A stretch of DNA of 62,029 bases, filler included, from Choristocarpus tenellus KU-1152 (taxonomy: Eukaryota; Protista; Phaeophyceae): assembly GCA_964200185.2 (NCBI GenBank). It is 10 parts of 10 records of this genome, joined end to end, with 100 filler letters (N's around TTAATTAATTAA, not from the genome) between each part and the next. Parts side by side here need not be neighbours in the genome. Positions count along the whole stretch, not along the records: positions 8,725 to 14,390 come from CAXNAD020010083.1; positions 14,491 to 17,330 come from CAXNAD020024291.1; positions 17,431 to 22,584 come from CAXNAD020011688.1; positions 22,685 to 28,179 come from CAXNAD020010610.1; 6 more parts are not named here. One strand, 5' to 3'. Below are positions 11,166 to 23,014 of the stretch, piece after piece. How positions within the stretch are numbered: the first letter of the stretch is position 1; the number at the start of each line of letters is the position of its first letter. The notes below the pieces were generated by a model, which worked only from the letters and a program-made list of their open reading frames with translations, was not told where the DNA came from and made no database searches. The translations under genes and the position numbers were made by a program.

Positions 11166-13222
11166 TACTCGGTCATTTTCCCACTTTGTCTCTCCTTATC
11201 TTTTATCACACACCACTATTTTGTACTGCTCTACTGGTACTCCTGAGAATCAAACCAGGGGTACGTACCAGATCACTGGTAACACACTTGAATCGTTCTC
11301 AAATGAGAAGTTCTTTCGTCTCTAACTACTTTATAGAATAGATTCAAAAAATATGTTGATCATAAAATCAAATATATGTCAGTAAGGAGAGAAAATATAC
11401 CCAATATATACTAGTTCTAAACAAGTACAAGTAATTCTAATATATTTGAACGTTTGAATATTTGTACGGTAGTGGTCTTGTGATCAAGTCCTCAGTTATC
11501 TGGTTCTTAATTCTCAAGTAACCGTTGGAGTGGTGATTTATAACGTTGTCAGATTAAACGCTATCTCCACTAGTCACTTTTGACATACAAATTATACTCT
11601 TCGTATATATTGTTCTTTGTTCGATTTTCTTTTTGATAATGGGTTGATACTAATAATGACATATGTATAGTTTTCATTGGTTTCCCCCCTGAAACATCTG
11701 CAAATGTAAGAGGATATAAGAATATAATATAATGGGTTGATTATTATTCTCGCATACCTTGAATTATAAGATGATAAACATATTGTGTCATGTTTCATAC
11801 GTATATATACGACTGACACCATAATGATGGAAATAATGTACGTATGGAGATTTTTTTCCATCCTTTTTGTGTTGATACGTGATTTTAGACAGAAGTAGGA
11901 ATCTGCCTCCCACTATTTGGATATTGAAGTGGACGAATTTTCAATATCTTATTGGTGTTCGGTAAGAAATCGGACGTCCTACGAACTCTTTTGGTCAACA
12001 CACCCTAACTTATCAACTTTGAGAATGAACAGGTCTTCGATTTGCATACTGATTTTATCCTGAAGTCAGAACCCTAAATATATAGTTCTATTCACACGAG
12101 TCTCAACACAACAAAGGTTTCCCAAAAGTTAACAGACGATCCCACCAGAACACTTTACCTTTTACCAACTTCCTTTCGTCTAGAACACCTTTCCTGAAAC
12201 AGATCGGCGTGGTGTGACACACCTAACAGATATGACGAAGACCATGTGTGTCCACTTCCTAGAGTAAGAAAACCTCGGAGAGCTTTCAATAGTACCTATA
12301 GCAATGTAAGGGGGTGTATTGCACAGGGTAAGAAATATGGTCTAGATGCAGAACCCAAATCTGCCTACCTCTCAATTCCTTTGGCTCTATGCTCTCACAT
12401 CCCACCCCTGATGGACGCCAGTCGTCACCCCGACATGCCCACGTATTTGGCCCTCCTCCCATCATCCACGAGTGGGAGGTCTAGAAAAGAGATATCTTGT
12501 TCCGTGCAAGGTGATGCACAAACATGCGTCTCAGCCAATTGATGGACAACCATGCATACAACCTCTTTTATTTCAAGGTTGGAGATCTAGATCAACACCA
12601 ACCTCTACACATACCAATAGTGGAGATATTATTCGTGTTATAGTAGTGGGTGACAGGAACAAGTTTGGATAGTATGTAGGGTTTAGAGGATGAAAGCGGA
12701 GAGGCATGTAAGTAGATGAAAATCCTATCACATTGAACAGGTTAGTTTAGACCAGAGTGGATTATTGAAATTGAGAGATTTCCAACTTTGTAAGTTATAC
12801 TTTCTTCCTATATGTGAGAACCATCAACATAGTATTATTATAAATAGTAGTAATAATAGCAGTAGTAGTAGGATGTACTAGTGTAGTAGTATTTTCTATT
12901 GTTTACACGCACATTAGAATCTAGTATTTCGGAAAATTTGGACCTACAATGTGTACAGAGTTCTATAATAAAGAGCTTAAGTTTATTGATGAGGTAGTAT
13001 TTGTCAATATATACTAGATAGAACCATAAAATACAAATATTTTTACAAAGTCAATCACAATTGTTCACATAAGACTTTGCTCCTCAAAGATTGACCTTCA
13101 TTTCATACATTAATATAATTTCTGCTGTAAATGTGTTTTTTGGATACAAAATTTGAAATTTAAAAATATCTCATGTTCTTAACATACATACAAGTTAGAG
13201 TTTGGACTTGAACTTGTGAACG

Positions 13223-13582
13223 ATGAAGACGTTTGTGGTGGAGACAGTTGTCACCAACGATAATGACCTTACACTATTGGCAGTGGTAGATGTGGCCGCC
13301 GAAGAACACCGTTTGACGATTCAGGGGGTTACGATGGAAATGGGATGAGTTGACTGTTTCCCCAAAAGGTGCCGTGGTGCCTTCAATCACACCGATATCG
13401 TGGACAAGCCGTGGATGAAGATGCTTACCCAAGAGGGCGAACGAACGGTACAATCCGTACGCCAGTACATTCCACATCTAACTGCGAATATCATCAAGTT
13501 CAACGACCCTACATCGACACATGCAATAAGGAAGATCATAGAACAACTTTGGCAATATAACATTCCTTACTGGATCAAATAA
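13223..13582 (+). pseudogene. Small intronless frameshifted ORF remnant of unknown origin
   Basis: MKTFVVETVVTNDNDLTLLAVVDVAAEEHRLTIQG then, after frameshift(s), DIVDKPWMKMLTQEG...IRKIIEQLWQYNIPYWIK*; AT-rich flanks. Confidence 0.3.
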
Positions 13583-14371
13583 TCTAACCACCACTTCAAC
13601 CTGATTTCCCAAAAAATCAACCAGGTGAACCCAATTCATTACTTCCCTAATATACGTATTACGTTGAGGTACGCTTCTTAGTCTATGGAGGACTCAGCAT
13701 TGGTTGCCCGATTCAAAACTCAATATCGACCCTTCGGCTCCAACCTTGATCTTCTCCACTCTACTTCTATGACTGTTTTGTGGACCCTTAGAGACCCCTT
13801 TTCCATGTAGGCCTACCATTTTTTGCTTTGTTTTCGTGTATGTATGGAGGAGGTTCTGTGGGTTGGTTGATTGGCTCTGCACTGGCTGAAGACCCCAAGA
13901 CTGCAGTTTGCTGATCGGGAGATGTTCTCCACTTGGCTTTCTGAAAAGGCTGAGGTCCTAGTTGTAGTTTTGACTGATTCGTCATCACCTACAATCCTTT
14001 CAGACTGGAATCTCTTCTCAAGCTAGTTGAAACACAAATAGCCTCACTGGCAAGTTCCCATTTTGTCCTTACTTAATACAGGAGAGTGATATTTGAAGCA
14101 AAAAACTGAAACCCCTTCAACAAAAAATGGAACACGTCAAATATCGAGTATACAAAAGGTATACCCCTTTAGCAATCTCCTACACTATGTACCTCTTGAG
14201 TAACACACAACAAATAAAATGTTTCGAAATAATATGTTTTGGTGTGGTTACCAGTAAAATTTCTGATAATCCCTATCTTCAAAGCTCTACAGCATCCAAG
14301 AAAAAAGACAAATGGAATACGAAAAAAACTGCTTGGACAGGGCAAGGAGGAGAGATTGTATGGGTTATCAT

Positions 14372-14390
14372 GACTCAAATAATCTGGGGG
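14372..14390. mobile_element. MITE family A terminus at contig end
   Basis: GACTCAAATAATCTGGGGG matches the TIR plus G-run. Confidence 0.5.
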
Positions 14391-14490
14391 NNNNNNNNNN
14401 NNNNNNNNNNNNNNNNNNNNNNNNNNNNNNNNNNTTAATTAATTAANNNNNNNNNNNNNNNNNNNNNNNNNNNNNNNNNNNNNNNNNNNN

Positions 14491-14602
14491 TACTCCGAAA
14501 CATTTTGGAGTCGGAAAATTTCATAAAAAAAACTCATGGGAAGCCAAGCCCCACAATTGGAAAAACAGGGAAAAATTCGTACCCTCTAAGATTTTTTCAC
14601 TC
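14491..14602. mobile_element. MITE family B, terminal half at contig start
   Basis: Reverse complement of the left part of 49789-50045, ending ...ACCCTCTAAGATTTTTTCACTC. Confidence 0.75.
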
Positions 14603-14698
14603 ATAGCAGGACCTCCACAGGGGACGAAATCATTACGTGATCTTCCCGCTTCTCCTTGATTCAATTTTTTTTTCGTGTAAGAGTGTCAATTCCATGGA

Positions 14699-14973
14699 GA
14701 CCCAAAGCATTTAAGAGGGTAGGGCTGTGTCCGTTCGGGGTCATAAATCCAATACTGCGATTTTGATGTATTTTTTGGTCATCAAAATCATCTTATCAGC
14801 AAGCGTCAATGTCCTTGCTCTGGACACACCTTTTACAGTCCTGTACGTTATAGGGTTAGGGTTAGTGTTCACACAGAACACCGAAAAAAGGGTTATAAAA
14901 AAATCTATATGGGAAGCTGAGCCCCAAATGGACAAACAGGGCAAAATCCCCGCACTCTGAAATGCTTTGGGCC
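14699..14973. mobile_element. MITE family B, diverged full-length copy containing a TTAGGG tract
   Basis: TIRs GACCCAAAGCATTT / AAATGCTTTGGGCC; colinear with the reverse complement of 49789-50045; no TSD retained. Confidence 0.75.
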
Positions 14974-15169
14974 TTGTTTGCTTTGCTGTGGTGGTGTGTT
15001 TTCTGCCTATACCAACCGACTCTAGCCATTCCTCATTGGACTTCATCTGGTTCTAACCCAGCTCAAAGTCGGGTCTCATACGATCCTCCCTGCCCATCGA
15101 GTGAAGCACAATGCGTGTCAATAATAAGGTTTTCACCCACAGGCTAGACATCTTGCGGACTAACCTGAT

Positions 15170-16690
15170 TACCCTCTATAGATACGGTTTAAATTCTACA
15201 TGGTTTTCTTGGTTGAAGTATCCAGCCTCATTGCAATTGTGCATGGCTAGGTATTGTCCACGGAGTATGTGAGGCAGTGTGCATTATTATGTTCCATCCT
15301 CCACAAAGTAGTTCACAAGGGCAATACTTGACACGAGCAGACTAGAGCCCGTCAGTCTATTTTGCTGCTCTCGCCACCTCTTTCCTAGTAGTCGTGTGGA
15401 TTGGTGAAAGCAAGACAAGATAGACCTTCTACAGCATGCAAATAGCTGTGTTGGGCTTGCTGACAAACAGTGGCATACGTTACTGTCTCCCGAGGGTGAG
15501 GACAATGCTCAGAGGGAATGGACGAAGTAGCACAACTCGAACTATCGCTCACAGCTCTTATACGCACGAGCGCATTCAATACAGATGCAACAAAGCATCA
15601 CAGGTCAAGCGCGCTGGGTCAACAGAGAGTGATAGTGTAATGAATTGAGCCAAAGTAAGTATGAGAGGCACCCACGTTTCGGTCATTTTTTATTCACCCG
15701 TATTTCACTAAAACAGATTGAGTCTGTTTTGCAATCATTGCAATTCACCCATATATTTCTGTGGATGAAGCTCTAGGTTTGACTCAAGAGTGTTTCTTTC
15801 TCTGCTGTTTGAAACATGATTCGGAAAATATCCTACACAAATCTGGAAAAATATTAAGTATGTATATAATTTTGCACACATTTGTCAAGCATCCTTGAAA
15901 TGAAACTCTGGGTACCTCTAGTCTACTTGGACTCAAGACAAAGTAGCATAGTTGAATGCAAACGTGAGGAAATTAATCTAGGCCTCACGCGCCCCCTCTA
16001 CGTTCAAGACATGTTGGGCATGCCACCTACCACATCATCCCCGACCATTGCTTCATCAAGACATTTTCGGGATTTGGATGTAACTGCTGAACAACCTACT
16101 GCGTAAGTTTGTTCTCAGGTGCACCATATAGCCCTATCATCGCAGGTTCTTTTCCATTTGGGTTGAACTAATCTCTAGGTATAGACACCCTCACCGAGCA
16201 CATTCACCTGCTTGGCTGTGGTTGTGTCCACTGAACAGTTCAATCGCCGTGGTCAAATTGTTGCCCTCTCCATGACTCCACTCTGCAACAAGCACATGCA
16301 GAAAAAACTGGACAAGTGTCTTACGCTAGGGACACCGAAACATCTACAACCCTAGAGTAGAGGTCTGGGTGTTTTAATAGATTAGAAGCAATGTCTATTC
16401 ACAGATGATGGATGTGCTTCCCCTGTACCCAGTGTAATCTCCCTAAATTGGTCGAGTCTTTCCATCCCCCATATTGTCCAGCAGGGCAGGCCTTGCTCTG
16501 AACCTATTTCCTCTTGAGCAGTATATTTCTGGATGTCTATGTACCAGTGACGCTCAAAGGTTGGGCCCCATGCTCCCAACTTCTGCTGTGATACACAAAG
16601 CTCAAAAGAATGCTCAGAACCCACTTGATCAAGGGTTGGAAATCGCTTCATCATTTCCTCGATGAATGTGTATCTGTTACTGTACAAATG
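15170..16690 (-). mobile_element. Decayed Ty1/Copia RT-RNase H remnants
   Basis: Minus-strand fragments in Copia order: YTFIEEMMKRF...QEEIGS (RT), RLTGSSLLVSSIALVNYF (RNase H start), VDN...NEAGYF...HVE (RNase H end). Many stops, frameshifts and interruptions. Confidence 0.5.
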
Positions 16691-17059
16691 TTATCAATCG
16701 AATCATTAATATATATATGTATGTACTACTTTTTCGAAATCGAAAATCGGGAGGAAATTTTCGATTGATTATTCTTTTGATATTCTTCCACTTTTTTTAA
16801 TTTTATTATGCCCTCTGACATTTTGAAGATGTGTCAGGGGAAAAACTAATTAAAACGATTCGCATATCTGAATCATCCCTAAAGAAGTAACAATTGTCAC
16901 AATAGTGAAAAACGTTGATCTATTTCCTATTTTACAACTACATATCTATGTTGTACTACTGCCTTCCTGTGTCTCAAACCTTCTCCTGCAACCCAAAGTG
17001 AGGGGCTAGGGAAGCATCCCACGAATCTAATAAACCCCTCCTTGCCCATCTCCTTGGCG

Positions 17060-17300
17060 ACTCCAGCTTAAAACACATGACCCGTCTAGATAGGGCTACT
17101 TGCATTGTGACTGAGACTATCTGGCGTAGGCGGCATTTGACGCCACCTTCTTTCTTGTAGCCTCCAGTTCCTCTCCCCCCTACTGCGTGTGTAGCTAGCT
17201 CATCCAGAAAATGTTCTGCTTACTTGCCGAGGCTCCCAAAACGTTCCACCTCGAAGGTGTTGAGGTTATAACTACGGGGGTCAAAAGAGCCCTCATAGTG
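17060..17300 (-). mobile_element. 3' fragment of a CRE-like non-LTR retrotransposon (restriction-like endonuclease region)
   Basis: SFDPRSYNLNTFEVERFGSLGK*AEHFLDELATHAVGG then RLRQIVSVTMQVALSRRV: the 'AVE.FG.LG..A..FL..LA...S...Q' RLE signature. Cut off by a MITE terminus at 17301. Confidence 0.7.
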
Positions 17301-17330
17301 GGGTCAAAGTATCTGGGGGGGGGGGGGGGG
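17301..17330. mobile_element. MITE family A terminus at contig end
   Basis: GGGTCAAAGTATCT followed by a G-run. Confidence 0.7.
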
Positions 17331-18259
17331 NNNNNNNNNNNNNNNNNNNNNNNNNNNNNNNNNNNNNNNNNNNNTTAATTAATTAANNNNNNNNNNNNNN
17401 NNNNNNNNNNNNNNNNNNNNNNNNNNNNNNTATTCGCGTGTAACAAACGTTTGCACTTCGTTGAAATATAAGAAGAAATACTCGCTCTATTCGCCTGTAA
17501 CATCTAAGCCATCTTCTTACCCTGTGTGTAATACACTCTATGTCATTGCTTTGTGCGCGCAATAATTTAGGCGAAAATGATATTCACTCTTTCCACACAA
17601 TAATCGACATCACAACCAAGCAAAGCCTCTTTCTACAGTTGTACAAATGGCGTCTTTTTCCCTCTCTGGGGATCACTTAAAACGCAACCCTGATCACCTC
17701 CTGATTGTTCTGGCTCTAGCGTGGGATACCCTCTTTGGGTACTGGTGGCGGTATCTTTGTGTTGCTGGTGGTCTAACAGTATTATTAATCACAGTAGTCT
17801 GTCCCAGACCTGTGGTCGAAAGGTAGTCAAACAAGGCAATATGCACAGCATGAGTAGATGCGAGTACAAATATAGTAGGAGAGGACACATACTCAATAAG
17901 CAGGGAGAGAGAGAAAAACAAAGAAGTAAAGGGGTAGAAAAAGGAAAAATAAAGGGAGAACGTTCTCAGTGTAGCATCTACGAGGGTAACAAAGAGAACC
18001 TAGGTGTATTACACTAACACCCACGCCAAAACATGTTAATTCAAGAAAAAAACATCTTATTTGATATTAAAAGCACCACTCATCGCACCAAGGAAAAAAA
18101 GAGAAGGAAAAAAAAGAGACGTCGGAGAAAAATCAACTCAAAAAGAATAAAATGATGGTGAGAAAACAGTATTCAGCAGACGGTGATAGTGCTGGTTTCT
18201 TGGGCTTGGATTGGCTTAGCTGGTGCTATAGCATGATACAAGCCGGGTGTTAGGGCTCC

Positions 18260-18610
18260 CTTAGAGTCGTGAAGGTCATTTTGCCCCAATCTCACACTCA
18301 TACCATTTGTATCGGTTGGTTCTCCCTGTGCTCCATCCCTCAATTATGATCCCAAACTTCCCAAGGTCTTATTGTAAGCATACCCACCAGTTCTTCTGCC
18401 CACCTTGGTTCCGTTTTTCATCTGCAAGGTCCCCAAACATCAACATCTCGGATGTGTCACTCAATCCCATGTTTGCAATCGACCTTGCTAATAGGAGTCT
18501 CGGTTTTCTCATGCCTTGATACCCTCACACTCAGCCTTCGCCTTCACAAGCGCATCTTGGTTGGAGGAGAATAGTAGGGTGTGATCGGTGGCTTCCCGTT
18601 TGCGAGGGTG
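18260..18610 (-). mobile_element. 3' fragment of an RTE-clade LINE
   Basis: MRKPRLLLARSIANM...LMFGDLADEKRNQGGQKNWWVCLQ*DLGKFGI...W...NRYKW...GA matches the RTE C-terminal motif. Confidence 0.7.
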
Positions 18611-20677
18611 TACAGGACCCGATGTGACTTTTCTAGTGTGTAAATGTGAGTGTATGTATGCCCCTCCTTGGACCAAGTGTGTTCAAAGATGCTAGACCTG
18701 ATAACTCTCTTGTTTCGCAGGGGGAGCTCAACTTTTTTTCCAAGATATTTTTTTGCGTTACTTCCATGTATCTGTAGATTTATGGAACAATATATATATA
18801 TATATATATATGGACATATTATTTTTATTTGTATCTTTCTGATTTTTTATACATTGATGTACTTCGTATGTATACCTTTTTGTCATATTTTATAGTAACA
18901 TATTATTTTTCCGCTCTTTTTTTTGTACTGGCTATATGATCACTAAGGGTGGGTTGGAGTATGTTGTAAATGTTTTTTTCCCATCCCAACACCTTCCAAA
19001 TGTCTGAGTAACACTAGTGAATGATCCATTCAACTATTAATAATACATGGAATACAACCAATCGATCGATCCACCAATGACCCCAACATACAATATATTT
19101 TGCTGAAATATTACAGATTGTTGTGTTTGGAGAAAAATAAGAATATCAAAACAAGCTATCGTGTGTATCTGTTTCAATTATACGGGTTTTACACAGTCGT
19201 CGCAACTACTCGTTGTATTCATTCGTAACCACAATGAAGATATTGACACTTCAAATTTCAATCTACCTACTAACATATTGGTTCCATAACATTGGAGGGT
19301 TAGCCCACCTTCCTGTGTTGCGGTCTAACTCATGTAAACCACCCACCTAGCTAGGGTTGAACCAGTAACATGGAAGTAGACAGGAGGTTTGTGGTTGAAG
19401 TATTTCTTCTTTCTTTTTTTTTGTAATTGCCGAACCCATACAAATTGTATTTATTATGTATATAATCTACCCATCTCAAAGTTTGTTCTTGTTTTATGAA
19501 GGGTTTAATATGGTAATCCAAAAGTCGTATTGATTTAATACTAACTACATACAACTGACTTCTTGGTGGAGGTATCACCTTCAAGAACTGCCCCTTACGC
19601 ATTGAGGTATGAGATACCAAACATGATTGTGCTTGACACAAGGAACAAACACTACTATTCACTTCTGCATCTTGATGGATAGCACTTCAAGACATCTTTT
19701 GAAGTACATAGTCATTTAACAAAGACATAACGCACATTTCAAGTACGTTGTGGGTAAGATGTAGTTCCTTAGAGCAGTTTTAGCAGCATTTCTAGCTCAG
19801 AAAATACAGCTCTGGAGCTTCTTGTAGGTAAGGTAAGACGAAGGTAAAAGAAGAAGTTCAACAAAAAAACTGATTGGTTACAGGTAGGGGCCTCTTGAGA
19901 AGTTTGCTTGAGGTCGGATATCTCAAAGTCTCTTCTCACTCTTCAATATTTGAATCTTATTTGTTTTTACTATTTGATCGTTGTTCCACCAGTTTGAGAT
20001 TTTTACCCTGATTTACCCGGTACGTAGTTCTGACCATAGACCAAATTTAATGAAAATTCATTAAGGTTGGTAGTGAGGATAAGAAACTTCATCAAGGCCA
20101 AATTACAATCAGAATAGAACTGTAGAAAAAATACGCTGTGTTATTGGGGGTAGACAAATCCTCCTTTGAGACATCGACTCTTTCAGATCGAGTCATCAAA
20201 AACCGTAGAAGGAAAGGGAGGAAGGAGGAAACAGAGACCACGGCAAGGAGGTTCTAACGCTGGAGTTGGGAAATCCGCTGTGTTTAAGTCATACGGGTTT
20301 GTGGCACCCAGGAGGGGTGGGAGTCCCTCATCACTCTTTATCCTTAGCTCACCTTGCTAAAATTATTGATCATTGCTGTCACGTTCGGGGCTGGGAATAG
20401 CAGGAGGAGGAACATTAGATTTGAAACAGGCAAGGAGGGAAGCTAGAGGTGGTGAGGTTGCTCGGGTCTTCAACGGTGGGTAGAAGCTAGGGTTGGGTAG
20501 CCGGGCCCCTTGCAAGCGTCTGACGAAGGTCATTATCCGGGGGGTCCGGCGAAAGGTCAGGGTTGTGGTGGATTTTTACCTGCGTCTCTCCGTTTGCCTA
20601 ACGGCAAAGGGGTCATGGCCAATGGTCAGAGGGGGCAGCGAACCAGCCGCCCTTCTCGTACTCCCAGCTCGAGCGGA

Positions 20678-22160
20678 ATGGCAGAGAAACGGATTCCTGG
20701 TTCCTATATTGTCATTCTCCAGCCTACAGTTACCCCGTACGAAATGCTGTCGTCAGTTCTGAAGGGCTACAAGCCCACGTTTACTTATGGGTCCATCTTT
20801 ACGGGGTTCGCGATTGACAGGGTGCCACCCCAAAAGGCACATGAGGTGAGGAATGGAGATGCCACATATTTAATCTTTTATGGATTAAATTGAACGCTCT
20901 GGACTTGCGTGTGCGGAAGTTGATGTTTTATTTCTGCAAAGTTCGGGCGGGAAGTAGTAAGGCGGGGTTATGTTGTCCAAACCTACACCCCCCCATTGTC
21001 ATGCATACACTACGTCAGGTGCAACTCGACCCTCGAGTTCTCAAGGTCGTCGAGAATCGCGTGGTGAGCTCTCTCAGCAAGGAGCTTCTCATCGAAACAT
21101 TACAGGTGACCGGACATGTTACGCGTTCCTGGGAGGTCCAAATTTTCGGCGAAGCCACGCGCCCTGTCCTCATTATAAGTGGTCATCTCCTTAACATCTG
21201 TTTTAATGCTCTGAAACAATATGACTTCGTGCGTCACCATGCTCTAAATATTATTGCCAGATCTACTTGCGTAGTTGTATCCAAAAGGTCCCTCTCGGGT
21301 CGCACCTCCTCCCCACTGGCTTTCTTCTCCCTTTCCTCCCAATCTAAAGCGGAACAACGATACCGAAAATTGATCCGTCCTTTAATTACTGTACGCGTCT
21401 CGCTAGCTGTGGGGCATGGGGGCTTACCTAGGAGGTGGGCAATGTTCCAGTCTTCACCTCCGTGTACCATTACCCCACTCAAAACTAGTCAACCCTGCAG
21501 TTTGTAGAAACCATGTATACTTGTGTCACGTATCAATTTCTCTCACTCGCTCCCCAACCTTAGATGTGATTCACATAGGATTGTTAAAGACCTCGGTTTT
21601 TATGTCATCACTCTCACCATTTCATTTCCGAATTTGCTATGAAATCAGGATGTCCTCCTCGACAGAGTAATTGATGGATTGTAGTGTTTTTGATGCCTCC
21701 TGCTGTTTCTATTAGGGTCATCGGATTAGTCCTCCCCAAATCTTGCAAGTTTTTTATGACACTTTACTTTGGTATGGTGAGTGATCCTACAGAGAGTATT
21801 CTAGGAGCACTACCCACTCTTAGAGAGGAAGAAAACCCAATTCATGCACATCGTGAACCAGCCAACACGAAGTGAAATTTCTGTCACACCTTAGCCTACA
21901 TCTTGTCACCGTCTCTGAACTTACTGCCCCCTCCTGCTGCCCTGCCTTGTGGGTTTCAATATGCCCTAACCCTAACCAAACAGACGAGATACACGTTTGT
22001 TAATAGAGATACAGGCGAGCTCTATGACGTACGAGAGATCGATAGGTCCATGCCAAATCGCTACTCAATGCTGCCACAGAACATGAGTGTTCCTAGCAAA
22101 GCCCGTCAATTGCTGGGGATCAATGAGCGGCAGACGCACGTTCCACCCAAAGCAGCCAAG
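20678..22160 (+). CDS. Peptidase inhibitor I9 (subtilisin propeptide-like) domain protein, partial
   Basis: Exons 20678(?)-20845, 21019-21105, 21984-22160, all phase 0 with GT-AG. IPGSYIVIL...FTYGSIFTGFA...LDPRVLKVVENRVV is the I9 pattern. Start codon uncertain; 3' end is off the contig. Confidence 0.72.
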
Positions 22161-22684
22161 GTTGGTTCAAAAAGTGGGAGTATGGTTTTTGTCTATTGAG
22201 GGGGAAAGGCTGCAGTAGGAGTCTCTTGCGCAGTCTGTGATTCATTGTGAAAATTTGTCCCATGTAACTCTGAAGACAATGCACGATGACATAAGAAACA
22301 AGGTCTGAGGTTGGCCTAGATGCCAAACCCCTCTTGGTCGCAGACAATGTAACTGTGAATCACATTTCTGCCCCCCTCCCCTGTCCTCAAACATCGACCA
22401 GGAGGGACTTCATATCTCCTATTGCACCACCACCCCTTTACGTCAAACTGCACACCAAACATGTTTCCATTCCCAGCTGCTGTAATTTCATGTTGTTGGG
22501 TGAAGTTACCGATCTATCTAGTGGAAAAGGAAGCGTTTCGTCAACCTCTCTCATTTGGTCCTAATCCTTCCCCCCCCCACTCCCNNNNNNNNNNNNNNNN
22601 NNNNNNNNNNNNNNNNNNNNNNNNNNNNTTAATTAATTAANNNNNNNNNNNNNNNNNNNNNNNNNNNNNNNNNNNNNNNNNNNN

Positions 22685-22706
22685 TCTCCCCCAGATACTT
22701 TGAGCC
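22685..22706. mobile_element. MITE family A terminus at contig start
   Basis: CCCCCAGATACTTTGAGCC. Confidence 0.65.
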
Positions 22707-22778
22707 TCTTTTCACAACGTCTTCCCAAGGTGACATTTGTTGTTGTGCTTGATGCCTGATGCACCCTTGAGGATGTTA

Positions 22779-22779
22779 C

Positions 22780-22835
<56 letters not shown>
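22779..22835. repeat. (CT)n microsatellite
   Basis: Directly visible. Confidence 0.9.
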
Positions 22836-22837
<2 letters not shown>

Positions 22838-23014
22838 CTCTCCATCCCTCTAATCTAACATCCCCTTGTTGTGTGGAGTACAAATGTGCTTTAGGAAATC
22901 AATTAATCTTAGTGTTTAGCCCTCTGATTCTTGGTATCTCCTTACATCATGTGTAGAAGTTGTACAACAAGGATATCAGCGCTTTGGAATAGAAACTCCA
23001 CACTAAACCCTTAC

